DNA of 47,952 nt from an uncultured Prevotellaceae bacterium (GCA_945828295.1 CALZQV010000001.1:1-47952); one strand, 5' to 3'. Shown: positions 1-8,885, counted from the stretch's first letter. Program-made: numbers and translations. Notes: generated by a model from the sequence alone, not told the origin.

Positions 1-11
1 ATAACAAACCA

Positions 12-431
12 ATGACCATCAACGAAATACAAGACGAAATCATTGAAGAGTTTCTCGAGCTCGACGACTGGATGGACCGCTATCAGCTGCTCATCGACAT
101 GGGGAGCGAGCAGGAGCCTCTCGAGGAGAAATACAAGACAGAGCAGAACCTCATCGACGGATGCCAAAGCCGCGTGTGGCTGCAAGCCGACTTCGACGGA
201 ACCCGCATCCACTTTCAGGCTGAGAGCGATGCCCTGATCGTGAAGGGCATTGTCACCCTGCTGCTGCGCGTCCTCAACGACCAAACGCCCCACGACATCC
301 TCAATGCCGACCTCTATTTCATTGAGAAGATAGGGCTGCGCGAGCACCTCTCCCCCACCCGCAGCAACGGTCTGCTTGCCATGATCAAACAAATGAAACT
401 GTATGCTCTTGCCTTTCAGGCCAAGGGCTAA
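12..431 (+). CDS. sufE: SufE-family sulfur acceptor (Fe-S cluster assembly accessory protein)
   Basis: 139-aa ORF with the SufE hallmark DGCQSRVWL (active-site Cys) and typical length. Recognised by eye. Confidence 0.8.
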   Translation: MTINEIQDEIIEEFLELDDWMDRYQLLIDMGSEQEPLEEKYKTEQNLIDGCQSRVWLQADFDGTRIHFQAESDALIVKGIVTLLLRVLNDQTPHDILNADLYFIEKIGLREHLSPTRSNGLLAMIKQMKLYALAFQAKG

Positions 432-463
432 GAAGTAAGCCAATCAGTTAAAGTTCAAGGATA

Positions 464-1534
464 GTGAACATAGGCAACGTATCCTTCTCCGACCCTCACC
501 CCGTCTTCCTGGCTCCGATGGAGGATGTGACGGACATCGGCTTCCGCTTGCTCTGTAAGCAAATGGGGGCCGACCTTGTCTATTCAGAGTTTGTATCGAG
601 CGACGCCCTGGTTCGAGGCGTGAACCGCAGTATCGAGAAACTGGCCGTCTGCGACGAGGAGCGCCCCGTTACTATCCAGATTTACGGAAGGTTCGTCGAA
701 GCGATGCGCGACGCCGCACAGATTGTCGTAGAACAGGCCCATCCCGATATTCTCGACATCAACTTCGGCTGCCCCGTTAAGCGTGTGGCCGGCAAGGGTG
801 CCGGAGCCGGCATGCTCCAGAACATCCCCCTCATGTTGGAGATAACGCGTGCCGTCGTGGATGCCGTGCCGAACATTCCCGTCACCGTCAAGACCCGCCT
901 GGGCTGGGACCAGGAGCATCTTATCATTACCACCCTGGCCGAACAGCTGCAGGACTGCGGCATCCAGGCCCTGACCATCCATGGCCGCACCCGTTCGCAG
1001 ATGTATACCGGTGAGGCCGACTGGAGCCTCATTGGCGAAGTGAAGCGCAACCCGCGCATCCACATCCCCATCATCGGCAACGGCGACATCACCACACCTG
1101 AGCGTGCCCGCGAGTGTTTCGAGAAGTACGGCGTGGATGCCATCATGGTGGGCCGCGCCACCTTCGGGCGCCCCTGGATTTTCCGCGAGATAAAGGAACT
1201 TTTAGGAGGTAAGGAGCAAGAGGTAAGAGGTAAGAGAAATGAATTAGATTCCCAAGAAGATTTCGAAGAGGGAAAAGCATCCTCCTACCTCTTACCTCCT
1301 ACCTCCTACCTCTCTCCCGAGTGGAAGCTCAACGTGTTGAAGCAGCAGGTGCTTGTCAGTGTAGATCGACTGGGTGAGTACCGCGGCATACTGCATAGCC
1401 GGCGCCACCTGGCAGCCTCGCCCCTGTTCAAGGGCATCCCCAACTTCCGCGAGACACGCATCCGCATGCTCCGTGCCGAAACCGTGAGCGAACTTTTTGA
1501 CATAATGGAACAGACAAAAGATTTGATTTGCTAA
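464..1534 (+). CDS. dusB: tRNA-dihydrouridine synthase (DusB type) carrying a ~38-codon in-frame insertion
   Basis: 356-aa ORF with a GTG start. Dus motifs LAPMEDVTD, DINFGCP, TIHGRTR and GNGDI. Extra segment GGKEQ...SYLSP is encoded at 1204-1317. Confidence 0.9.
   Translation: MNIGNVSFSDPHPVFLAPMEDVTDIGFRLLCKQMGADLVYSEFVSSDALVRGVNRSIEKLAVCDEERPVTIQIYGRFVEAMRDAAQIVVEQAHPDILDINFGCPVKRVAGKGAGAGMLQNIPLMLEITRAVVDAVPNIPVTVKTRLGWDQEHLIITTLAEQLQDCGIQALTIHGRTRSQMYTGEADWSLIGEVKRNPRIHIPIIGNGDITTPERARECFEKYGVDAIMVGRATFGRPWIFREIKELLGGKEQEVRGKRNELDSQEDFEEGKASSYLLPPTSYLSPEWKLNVLKQQVLVSVDRLGEYRGILHSRRHLAASPLFKGIPNFRETRIRMLRAETVSELFDIMEQTKDLIC
1204..1317 (+). repeat. Imperfect hairpin with heptad-array arms, (GAGGTAA)n and (TACCTCY)n, inside the dusB CDS
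   Basis: Left arm 1204-1236, AT-richer loop 1237-1280, right arm 1281-1317. The best register I aligned is 17/20 complementary. Length is 114 nt, or 38 codons. Confidence 0.8.
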
Positions 1535-2803
1535 ATGAATCCTCCTTCCTCTCACCCCCAACCTTCTACCTCTTTTGAGGTCATGGCCCCGGTGGGTTCA
1601 CCCGAATCACTGGCAGCAGCACTACGTGCCGGAGCCGACAGCATATATTTCGGCATCGAGCGACTGAACATGCGTGCCCACTCGGCATCGACCTTTACCA
1701 TCGACGACCTCCGCCGCATCGCCCGCGAGTGCCAGGCATTCGGTGTAAAAAGCTACCTTACCGTCAATACCATCATCTACAACGAGGACATCGACCTGAT
1801 GCACCAGATACTGGATGCCGCCTTGGCAGCAGGCATCTCGGCCATCATCGCCTCCGACGTGGCCGTAATGACCTATGCCCGCCAGATTGGCATCGAGGTG
1901 CACCTGAGCACCCAGCTCAACATCTCCAACATCGAGGCCCTGCGTTTCTATGCCCAGTTTGCCGATGTCGTGGTGCTGGCCCGCGAACTGAAGATGGAAC
2001 AGGTGGCAGAAATCTACCGTCAGATTGAGGAGCAACACATCACCGGCCCCAGCGGCAATTTAGTGCGCATCGAGATGTTCTGTCATGGCGCCCTGTGCAT
2101 GGCCGTCAGCGGCAAGTGCTACCTGAGCCTCGACAACATGGGCCGCTCGGCCAACCGTGGCGAGTGCATGCAACTCTGCCGCCGCAGCTACATCGTGCGC
2201 GATGCCGAAACCGACCTCGAGCTCAAGGTCGACAACAAGTACATCATGAGTCCGAAGGACCTGAAAACCATCGATTTCATCGACAAAATGATTGCGGCAG
2301 GCGTGCGTGTCTTCAAGATAGAAGGCCGTGCACGCGGAGCCGACTATGTCGACACCGTGGTGCGCTGCTACAAGGAAGCCATCAAGGCCGTGGAGGACGG
2401 TAGCTTCACCGACGAGCGCAAGGCCGCATGGAACGAGCGCCTGTCGCGCGTCTTCAACCGCGGCTTCTGGGACGGCTACTACCAAGGCCAGCTGCTTGGC
2501 GAATGGACCAAGAAGCCTGGTTCCTCGGCCACGGAGAAGAAGACCTACTGCGGAAAGGGCATCCGATACTACTCGAAGCTGGGAGTCGCAGAATTCAAGA
2601 TTGAGGCCTGCGAACTGCATCGGGGCGACCGCATTCTCATCACTGGACCAACCACAGGGGCCGTATATGCCACGGCCTCGGAAATACGCTTCGACCTGCG
2701 CCCCGTTGAGACAGCGAAGAAGGGTTGGCACATCAGCATCCCCATTCCCGTCAAGGTACGTCCCAGCGACAAACTTTTCATCGTCACCTCCGTCGAACCA
2801 TGA
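1535..2803 (+). CDS. Peptidase U32 family protein (PrtC/collagenase-like)
   Basis: 422-aa ORF. N-terminus FEVMAPVGSPESLAAALRAGADSIYFG...LNMRA is typical of U32. The ATG directly abuts the dusB stop. An alternative start is M17 at 1583. Confidence 0.85.
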   Translation: MNPPSSHPQPSTSFEVMAPVGSPESLAAALRAGADSIYFGIERLNMRAHSASTFTIDDLRRIARECQAFGVKSYLTVNTIIYNEDIDLMHQILDAALAAGISAIIASDVAVMTYARQIGIEVHLSTQLNISNIEALRFYAQFADVVVLARELKMEQVAEIYRQIEEQHITGPSGNLVRIEMFCHGALCMAVSGKCYLSLDNMGRSANRGECMQLCRRSYIVRDAETDLELKVDNKYIMSPKDLKTIDFIDKMIAAGVRVFKIEGRARGADYVDTVVRCYKEAIKAVEDGSFTDERKAAWNERLSRVFNRGFWDGYYQGQLLGEWTKKPGSSATEKKTYCGKGIRYYSKLGVAEFKIEACELHRGDRILITGPTTGAVYATASEIRFDLRPVETAKKGWHISIPIPVKVRPSDKLFIVTSVEP

Positions 2804-4239
2804 GCCAGCCCAAGCGCCTCCATCCCGTGATGCTTGCAGGCACTGGCAGCGATGTCGGCAAGAGCATACTTGCCACTGCCCTTTGCCGCATCTTCCGCCA
2901 GGATGGCTACCGGCCGGCACCCTTCAAGGCCCAGAACATGGCGCTCAACTCCTTTGTCACCCCCGACGGGTTGGAAATCGGGCGCGCACAGGCCGTACAG
3001 GCCGAAGCCGCCGGCCTTCCCTGCGAGGCAAACATGAATCCCCTGCTCCTGAAGCCGCAAAGCGACCACAGCAGCCAAGTCGTCGTGCTCGGCCGCCCCA
3101 TTGGCAACCGCGAGGCGATTACTTATTGGCGGCGCGAAGGCAAGGATAAGTTCAAGCCCGTGGTACATCAGGCCTACGACTCCCTTGCAGGCCGCTACAA
3201 CCCCATCGTCATGGAAGGCGCGGGCAGCATCACGGAGCTAAACCTGCGCGACACCGACCTCGTGAACATGCCCATGGCCCGCTACGCCCACGCCGACGTC
3301 ATCCTGGTTGCCGACATCGACCGCGGTGGCATTTTTGCCTCTGCCTACGGGAGCATTATGCTTCAGGACGAAGAGGACCGGCGGCGCATCAAGGGCATCA
3401 TCGTCAACAAGTTCCGGGGCGACCTGCGGCTGTTCGACGATGGTAGACGCATGCTCGAAGCGGTCTGCGGGGTTCCCGTCCTGGGCGTCGTCCCCTACCT
3501 CGAGGACCTTCACATCGATGCCGAAGACAGCGTGGCGCTGGAACACCGGAAGAACAGCAAATCGGCACCGACGGAAAAAACGCGCGTGGCCGTTGTGCAG
3601 CTTCCCCATATCTCCAACTTCACCGACTTCGACAAACTGGAGCGCGACCCGCGCGTGCTCCTTTTTTATACCGCCCGACCGGAGGACCTGGCCGAGGCCG
3701 ACATCATCATTCTGCCCGGCACAAAGTCCACCGCCGACGACCTCTACCACCTGCGGCGCTGCGGCATGGCATCCGCCATCCTGCAAGCCCGTGAGGCCGG
3801 CAAGACCATCATGGGCATTTGTGGAGGATTCCAGATGATGGGCCGCAGCATTTCAGACCCCGACGGCATAGAAGACGGCCGTCTGTCGACGCCCGGACTC
3901 GGCCTTCTCCCCATGGACACCACCATGTCGCCCGTAAAGACCACGCGGCAGGTGAAGTTCACCTTTCAGGGCGTCGCCTGCAAGGGCTATGAGATACACC
4001 ACGGCACATCCACGCTCTCCGAGCCCGTGGTCGTGCGCGACAACTGCATCGGCACGTACATCCACGGCATCCTGGACAACGCCGTCGTCATCGACTTCCT
4101 GCTGAAGAGCGCCCCCCAGCGGGAAGCGAAGCGGCTGAGCGCGGAGGAAGAACGCGAACTGGCCTACGACCGGCTGGCCGACCACGTTCGACGCCACCTC
4201 GACATGCAAACCCTTTACAACATTCTGAGCGATGATTGA
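2800..4239 (+). CDS. cobQ: Cobyric acid synthase
   Basis: N-terminus MSQPKRLHPVMLAGTGSDVGKS and a C-terminal glutamine amidotransferase part (GICGGFQMMG). ATGA overlap with the U32 stop. The longer ORF-track start at 2725 was not used. Confidence 0.9.
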   Translation: MSQPKRLHPVMLAGTGSDVGKSILATALCRIFRQDGYRPAPFKAQNMALNSFVTPDGLEIGRAQAVQAEAAGLPCEANMNPLLLKPQSDHSSQVVVLGRPIGNREAITYWRREGKDKFKPVVHQAYDSLAGRYNPIVMEGAGSITELNLRDTDLVNMPMARYAHADVILVADIDRGGIFASAYGSIMLQDEEDRRRIKGIIVNKFRGDLRLFDDGRRMLEAVCGVPVLGVVPYLEDLHIDAEDSVALEHRKNSKSAPTEKTRVAVVQLPHISNFTDFDKLERDPRVLLFYTARPEDLAEADIIILPGTKSTADDLYHLRRCGMASAILQAREAGKTIMGICGGFQMMGRSISDPDGIEDGRLSTPGLGLLPMDTTMSPVKTTRQVKFTFQGVACKGYEIHHGTSTLSEPVVVRDNCIGTYIHGILDNAVVIDFLLKSAPQREAKRLSAEEERELAYDRLADHVRRHLDMQTLYNILSDD

Positions 4240-5212
4240 CGGGCACGGCGACGACATCTACAGGTACAACGATATTCGGATGAATTTCAGTTCGAACATC
4301 CCCTCCTTTGCCGACCTCTCTGCCCTGAAGTCCCACCTCTACTCCCGCCTCGCTGCCATCGCCTCGTATCCGCAAGCCTCCGGCGAGGCGCTTGAGGCCA
4401 AAATTGCCCATTCCATCGGCAGAAAAGCCAGTGAGGTGATGGTAACCAGCGGGGCCACCGAGGCGATATACCTCATTGCCCAGGCCCTTGCCCGGCAATG
4501 CGCGGAGGAGGAGCGCACATACACTGTCTTCCACCCCACGTTCAGCGAATACGACTCGGCATGCCAGATGTTCGGCATGCGCCCGACGGAGCAAGGCACC
4601 AGCTGCTGGCTCTGCAACCCCAACAACCCGACGGGCACCATCCGCGACGAGGCCTTCATCCGCCAGCTGGCCCAGCGCCACCGGTGGCTCGTCGTCGACC
4701 AGTCCTACGAGGACTACGCGGCCGCTCAACTGCCCGACGTGGGTAGCCTACCCAACGTCATCTGCCTCCACTCCATGACAAAGAAATACTGCATCCCAGG
4801 CCTGCGCCTCGGCTACCTCACGGCCCCAGCGCCCGTGGTCGACATGGTGCGACGGGAGCGCCGGCCATGGGCCGTCAACGCACTGGCCATCGAAGCCGGC
4901 CTGTGGCTTGCCAAGGAACAGCCCCGGATGGTAGACATGCCAGCCTACCTGCGCGAAGCACAGAGGCTGCGCAGCCTGCTCGACACAATACCCGGAATCC
5001 ACGTCGGACAGACCCAGACCAACTTCATGCTCTGCACCATCGACGGGCACACGGCCGCCGAACTGAAGGAACACCTTGCCCTAAGGCACGGCATACTCAT
5101 CCGCGACGCCTCGAACTTCCCGGGCCTGACGCCCCACCACTTCCGCGTGGCAGCCCAACGGCCAGAGGAGAACGACACGCTGGTAAAAGTGATTACTGAC
5201 TATGTGTCATGA
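4232..5212 (+). CDS. cobD: Threonine-phosphate decarboxylase (aminotransferase class I/II fold)
   Basis: MIDGHGDDIYRY N-terminus and PLP-lysine region HSMTKKYCIPGLRLGY. 8-nt overlap with cobQ. Confidence 0.8.
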   Translation: MIDGHGDDIYRYNDIRMNFSSNIPSFADLSALKSHLYSRLAAIASYPQASGEALEAKIAHSIGRKASEVMVTSGATEAIYLIAQALARQCAEEERTYTVFHPTFSEYDSACQMFGMRPTEQGTSCWLCNPNNPTGTIRDEAFIRQLAQRHRWLVVDQSYEDYAAAQLPDVGSLPNVICLHSMTKKYCIPGLRLGYLTAPAPVVDMVRRERRPWAVNALAIEAGLWLAKEQPRMVDMPAYLREAQRLRSLLDTIPGIHVGQTQTNFMLCTIDGHTAAELKEHLALRHGILIRDASNFPGLTPHHFRVAAQRPEENDTLVKVITDYVS

Positions 5213-6134
5213 ACTCATCCTTCCGCTTGTGGCAGCATGGTTGTCCGACCTGCTGCTTGGCGACCCTCGCTGGCTGCCCCATCCCGTAGTGGGCTTTGGC
5301 CACATGATTGCCCGTGGCGAGCGGATGCTGAACCGCGGGAGCCACCGCATGGCCAAGGGTGCCCTGATGACGATTTTGCTCGATTCCATCGTGTTTTTCT
5401 CCACTTTCTTCCTGCTTCGTATCCTTCATGCCGACGCGCTGCCCCACTATGTTGCCTGCGTGGTTTCGGGCATCCTGATTTTCTATTGCCTGGCTGGGAC
5501 CACGCTCATTCGCGAGGTGCGGGAGGTGTTCCGCGCCGTCGACCGCTCGCTCGACAAAGGCCGGCGCCAGGTCGGCCGCATCGTTGGGCGCGACACCGCA
5601 CAACTATCGGCCCAGGAGGTGCGCACGGCCGCCCTCGAGACGCTGGCCGAGAACCTGAGCGACGGGGTTGTGGCACCACTCTTTTGGCTGGCTGTCGGTG
5701 GGGTTCCCGCCATGCTCACCTACAAGATGATAAACACCCAGGACTCGATGATAGGCTATCGCAACGCGCGCTACAAGGACTTCGGCTGCTGGGCAGCCCG
5801 CATCGACGACGTGGCAAACTACGTGCCGGCCCGGCTGACCGCGATGCTGATGGTGGTGCTGAGCGGTCGGTGGTCGCTCTTCTCCTATGTGTGGAAGTAC
5901 GGGCGCTGCCACGCCAGCCCCAACAGCGGCTACCCCGAAGCGGCGCTTTCGGGCATTTTGGGCTGCCGGTTCGGCGGTCCGCACCATTACTTCGGCGAGC
6001 TGGTGGAGAAGCCCTACATCGGCGACCGCGACCGACCGCTGACGAGCGCCGACATGGAGCGCTCCGTCAGGCTGAGCCGCAGCGTGGAGGTTGTGACCAT
6101 CGTGACAATCATATCAATATATAGTTTGCTATGA
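5202..6134 (+). CDS. cbiB: Adenosylcobinamide-phosphate synthase (CbiB/CobD membrane protein family)
   Basis: 310-aa multi-TM ORF with the LLGDPRWLPHPVVGFG motif. Overlaps the cobD stop. Confidence 0.85.
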   Translation: MCHELILPLVAAWLSDLLLGDPRWLPHPVVGFGHMIARGERMLNRGSHRMAKGALMTILLDSIVFFSTFFLLRILHADALPHYVACVVSGILIFYCLAGTTLIREVREVFRAVDRSLDKGRRQVGRIVGRDTAQLSAQEVRTAALETLAENLSDGVVAPLFWLAVGGVPAMLTYKMINTQDSMIGYRNARYKDFGCWAARIDDVANYVPARLTAMLMVVLSGRWSLFSYVWKYGRCHASPNSGYPEAALSGILGCRFGGPHHYFGELVEKPYIGDRDRPLTSADMERSVRLSRSVEVVTIVTIISIYSLL

Positions 6135-6664
6135 AAAAGATTATACTGATTACCGGCGGACAACGCTCGGGCAAGAGCCGATATGCCGAAGAACTGGCCA
6201 AAGGGCTGTCGGCACGGCCCGTCTACGTGGCCACGGCCCACGTGTGGGACGAGGAGTTTCGCCAGCGCGTGAGGAAGCACCAGGAGCGCCGCGGCCCCGA
6301 GTGGGAGAACATCGAGGAGGAGCGGCAGCTGAGCCGCCACGACCTGACGGGGCGCGTGGCCGTGGTCGACTGCCTGACACTGTGGGCCACGAACTATTTC
6401 TTCGAGCTGAAAGACAGCGACAAGGCGTTGCAGGAACTGAAGGCCGAGTTCGACCGCCTGACGGCACAGGATGCCACGCTGATATTCGTGACGAACGAAA
6501 TCGGCTCGGGCGGCACCAGTGTCGACCCCGTCCAGCGCCAGTTCACCGACCTGCTGGGCTGGCTTAACCAGTACGTGGCCAGCCGTGCCGACGAGGTAAC
6601 GCTCATGGTCAGCGGACTGCCCGTAACCATCAAAACCACCACGACGAAACACGAACCAAGATGA
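6131..6664 (+). CDS. cobU: Adenosylcobinamide kinase / adenosylcobinamide-phosphate guanylyltransferase
   Basis: 177 aa with P-loop ILITGGQRSGKS. ATGA overlap with cbiB. Confidence 0.9.
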   Translation: MKKIILITGGQRSGKSRYAEELAKGLSARPVYVATAHVWDEEFRQRVRKHQERRGPEWENIEEERQLSRHDLTGRVAVVDCLTLWATNYFFELKDSDKALQELKAEFDRLTAQDATLIFVTNEIGSGGTSVDPVQRQFTDLLGWLNQYVASRADEVTLMVSGLPVTIKTTTTKHEPR

Positions 6665-7707
6665 GGCCCTTCGACATTCATCGGCCCGACCAGGGGCTGA
6701 GCACCCAGATTCAGCAGAAGATAGACAACCTGAACAAACCGAAAGGCTCGCTGGGGCGGCTGGAGGACCTGGCCATGCAGGTGTGCCTGGTGCAGCAGAC
6801 GCTGACTCCCTCGCTGGCCCACCCCTGCCACCTCCTGCTCGGCGGCGACCACGGCATCGAACGGGAGGGCGTGAGCCTGTCGCCGCGCGAGGTCACGTGG
6901 CAGCAGATGATTAACTTCACGCGAGGCGGCGGCGGCGTGAATATGTTCTGCCGGCAGCACGGCTTCAGGCTCAGCATCGTCGACGTGGGTGTCGACCACG
7001 ACCTCTCCTCGGTGCCCGGCATCATCGACCGCAAAATCAGGCGCGGCACGAGGAACTTCCGCTTCGAGTCGGCCATGACGCAGGAGGAAATGGACCGCGC
7101 CATCGACACTGGGGCGGCGCTTGTCGACGACTGTCTGGCCGATGGCTGCAAGGTCGTGTGCGTCGGCGAAATGGGCATCGCCAACACGTCGCCCTCCAGT
7201 CTGTGGATGCACCTGCTGTGCCAGATTCCGCTCGGCAACTGCGTGGGCGCCGGCTCGGGCATCGACAGCGAGGGCATAAGGCACAAGTACGACGTGCTCA
7301 GCCAGGCCCGCAAGCGATTCTTCGAAGAGCACCCCAGCCCCACGACGGAGGACATCGTGCGCGAGTTCGGGGGCTACGAGATGGTGGCGGCCATCGGCGC
7401 CATGCTCAGGGCTGCCGAGCGGCAGACGCTGATACTGGTCGACGGCTTCATCATGACGGCCTGCGCACTGGCTGCCTGCCGGCTCCACCCCGAGGCCCAG
7501 GACTACATGATATTCTGCCACTGCGGCGACGAGAGCGGCCACCGAGCCATGCTCGACGCCATGGGGGCAACGCCACTGCTCACGCTGGGACTGCGGCTGG
7601 GCGAGGGCACCGGCGCCCTGTGCGCCTTTCCGCTCGTCGACTCCGCCGTGAGAATGATTAACGAAATGAACAACTTCAGCCATGCAAACATTACTAAATA
7701 CTTTTAA
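6661..7707 (+). CDS. cobT: Nicotinate-nucleotide--dimethylbenzimidazole phosphoribosyltransferase
   Basis: 348 aa with KPKGSLGRLEDLA, GEMGIANT and LGEGTGA motifs. ATGA overlap with cobU. Confidence 0.9.
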   Translation: MRPFDIHRPDQGLSTQIQQKIDNLNKPKGSLGRLEDLAMQVCLVQQTLTPSLAHPCHLLLGGDHGIEREGVSLSPREVTWQQMINFTRGGGGVNMFCRQHGFRLSIVDVGVDHDLSSVPGIIDRKIRRGTRNFRFESAMTQEEMDRAIDTGAALVDDCLADGCKVVCVGEMGIANTSPSSLWMHLLCQIPLGNCVGAGSGIDSEGIRHKYDVLSQARKRFFEEHPSPTTEDIVREFGGYEMVAAIGAMLRAAERQTLILVDGFIMTACALAACRLHPEAQDYMIFCHCGDESGHRAMLDAMGATPLLTLGLRLGEGTGALCAFPLVDSAVRMINEMNNFSHANITKYF

Positions 7708-8467
7708 CCGCGCCTGGGCAGCCTTCATCTTCTTCACGCGGCTGCCCCTGTGGCGCATCCACCAACCGCCCACCGAGGCCTATCAGAGCGTCGTCGAGTG
7801 GTGGCCGCTGGTGGGCTGGCTCACGGCCTCGGCGACGGCAGCGACGCTTTTCTTCGGCAGCATGATACTCCCCTACGCGGTGGCCGTGGGGCTGGCCATC
7901 GTGGTGCGCATACTGCTCACGGGAGCCCTCCACGAGGACGGGCTGGCCGACTTCTGCGACGGCTTCGGCGGCGGGGGCAACGACCGCGAGCGCATCCTGG
8001 CCATCATGAAGGACTCCCACATCGGCACCTACGGCGTGCTCGCGCTCGTGCTCTACGTGCTGCTGCTCTTTGCCTGCCTCCACTCCATGCAGCCCGTCCA
8101 CGGCGCACTCGCCATCCTGGCCTTCGACCCCTATGCCAAGATGCTCTCGGCCCAGGCCGTCAGGATGCTGCCCTACGCCCGCAACGAGCAGACGGCCAAG
8201 GCGCACGTGGTCTACCGCAAATATGGCCTCGCGGCAGGCATCGGGCTGGCCGTCCAGGGTCTGCTGCCGCTGGGCCTGTTCCTGTGGTTCATGGGCGAGA
8301 CGGTCAACTGGACGACCCTCATCCTCGTGCCTGCACTGGTGATGTACCTCCTCTACCTCTTCATCCACCGCCGCCTGGGCGGCTACACGGGCGACTGCTG
8401 CGGCGCCCTGTTCCTGATTATCGAGCTTTCGGCCTATCTTGCCCTGGCCTCCATGCTGGGCGCGTAG
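7682..8467 (+). CDS. cobS: Adenosylcobinamide-GDP ribazoletransferase (cobalamin synthase)
   Basis: 261-aa multi-TM ORF with FFTRLP and HEDGLADFCDG motifs. 26-nt overlap with cobT. Confidence 0.9.
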   Translation: MQTLLNTFNRAWAAFIFFTRLPLWRIHQPPTEAYQSVVEWWPLVGWLTASATAATLFFGSMILPYAVAVGLAIVVRILLTGALHEDGLADFCDGFGGGGNDRERILAIMKDSHIGTYGVLALVLYVLLLFACLHSMQPVHGALAILAFDPYAKMLSAQAVRMLPYARNEQTAKAHVVYRKYGLAAGIGLAVQGLLPLGLFLWFMGETVNWTTLILVPALVMYLLYLFIHRRLGGYTGDCCGALFLIIELSAYLALASMLGA

Positions 8468-8515
8468 CACAAAGGCCCCATCCGCCCGCCACCTTCTTGC
8501 AACCGACGCGTCGGA

Positions 8516-8606
8516 ATCTTCCGCCGCCGTTCGACGGATGTCCGTCCGTCGGCGATGAACGCACATCCGTCGGCGATGAATGTGCATCCGTCGCCGATGG
8601 CGGAAG
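8516..8606. repeat. Phased palindrome array bracketed by a 9-bp inverted repeat
   Basis: TCCGTCGGCGATGAA-type units start at 8544, 8565 and 8586 (exact 21-nt phasing). The terminal inverted repeat is TCTTCCGCC (8516-8524) and GGCGGAAGA (8598-8606). Confidence 0.75.
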
Positions 8607-8689
8607 AATGTCATGCAGCGATTGCATCTTTGCCTCGGGGCTAAAGAAAAAAATCGACGCAATCTTGCGCGATTATGACAATAAATGCT

Positions 8690-8697
8690 TATCTTTG
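8690..8697 (+). promoter_or_regulatory. Bacteroidetes-type -7 promoter box TATCTTTG
   Basis: Matches the TAnnTTTG consensus and lies just upstream of the riboswitch. Confidence 0.6.
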
Positions 8698-8702
8698 CAA
8701 CC

Positions 8703-8885
8703 GCAATGCGGATAAGGGAATCAGGTGAAAGTCCTGAACAGTCCCGCTGCTGTAAGTCCACACACAACCCTCGTGGCAATTGACCACTGGCCGACCGAAA
8801 GGCTGGGAAGGTACCACAAAGAGGCAGGCGCAGAACGACGCCGGAGCCGAAGAGGGGTGGACAAGTCAGAAGACCTGCCGACGTT
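8703..8885 (+). promoter_or_regulatory. Cobalamin (B12) riboswitch
   Basis: Conserved core AAGGGAATCAGGTGAAAGTCCTGAACAGTCCCGCTGCTGT, GCCACTGG-like CCACTGGCC...GGGAAGGT, and B12 box AGTCAGAAGACCTGCC at 8864-8879. About 70 nt upstream of the first lipoprotein gene. The ends are approximate. Confidence 0.9.

Noticed and set aside
1204-1317. The dusB insertion superficially resembles a spliceosomal intron (GTAAG near the 5' end, a polypyrimidine tract, then AG).
   Set aside because: This is a bacterial genome. The segment is in frame with no stop, and the resemblance is a by-product of the GAGGTAA/TACCTC heptads.
2725-2799. The cobQ ORF-track start at 2725.
   Set aside because: The extra 25 residues overlap the end of the U32 gene and are His/Arg/Gln-rich. 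The conserved CobQ N-terminus begins at the ATG at 2800, which forms an ATGA overlap with the U32 stop.
6394-7773. Long antisense or alternate-frame ORFs. Examples: 6394-7773(-), 7694-8890(-), 10817-12172(-), 12279-14009(-), 19680-21254(+), 23389-24765(+), 27714-29150(+), 36939-38624(-) and 29210-30238(-).
   Set aside because: They overlap well-supported genes on the other strand or in another frame. Their composition is Arg/Gly/Ala/His-rich and low in complexity, typical of shadow ORFs in GC-rich DNA, and they contain no recognisable motifs.
8516-8606. The phased 21-22-nt arrays (also at 29276-29406 and 43929-44128) as plasmid-type iterons or a replication origin.
   Set aside because: There is no rep or dnaA gene, no cluster of DnaA boxes and no AT-rich unwinding element next to any of the three arrays. 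The context is ordinary chromosomal genes.
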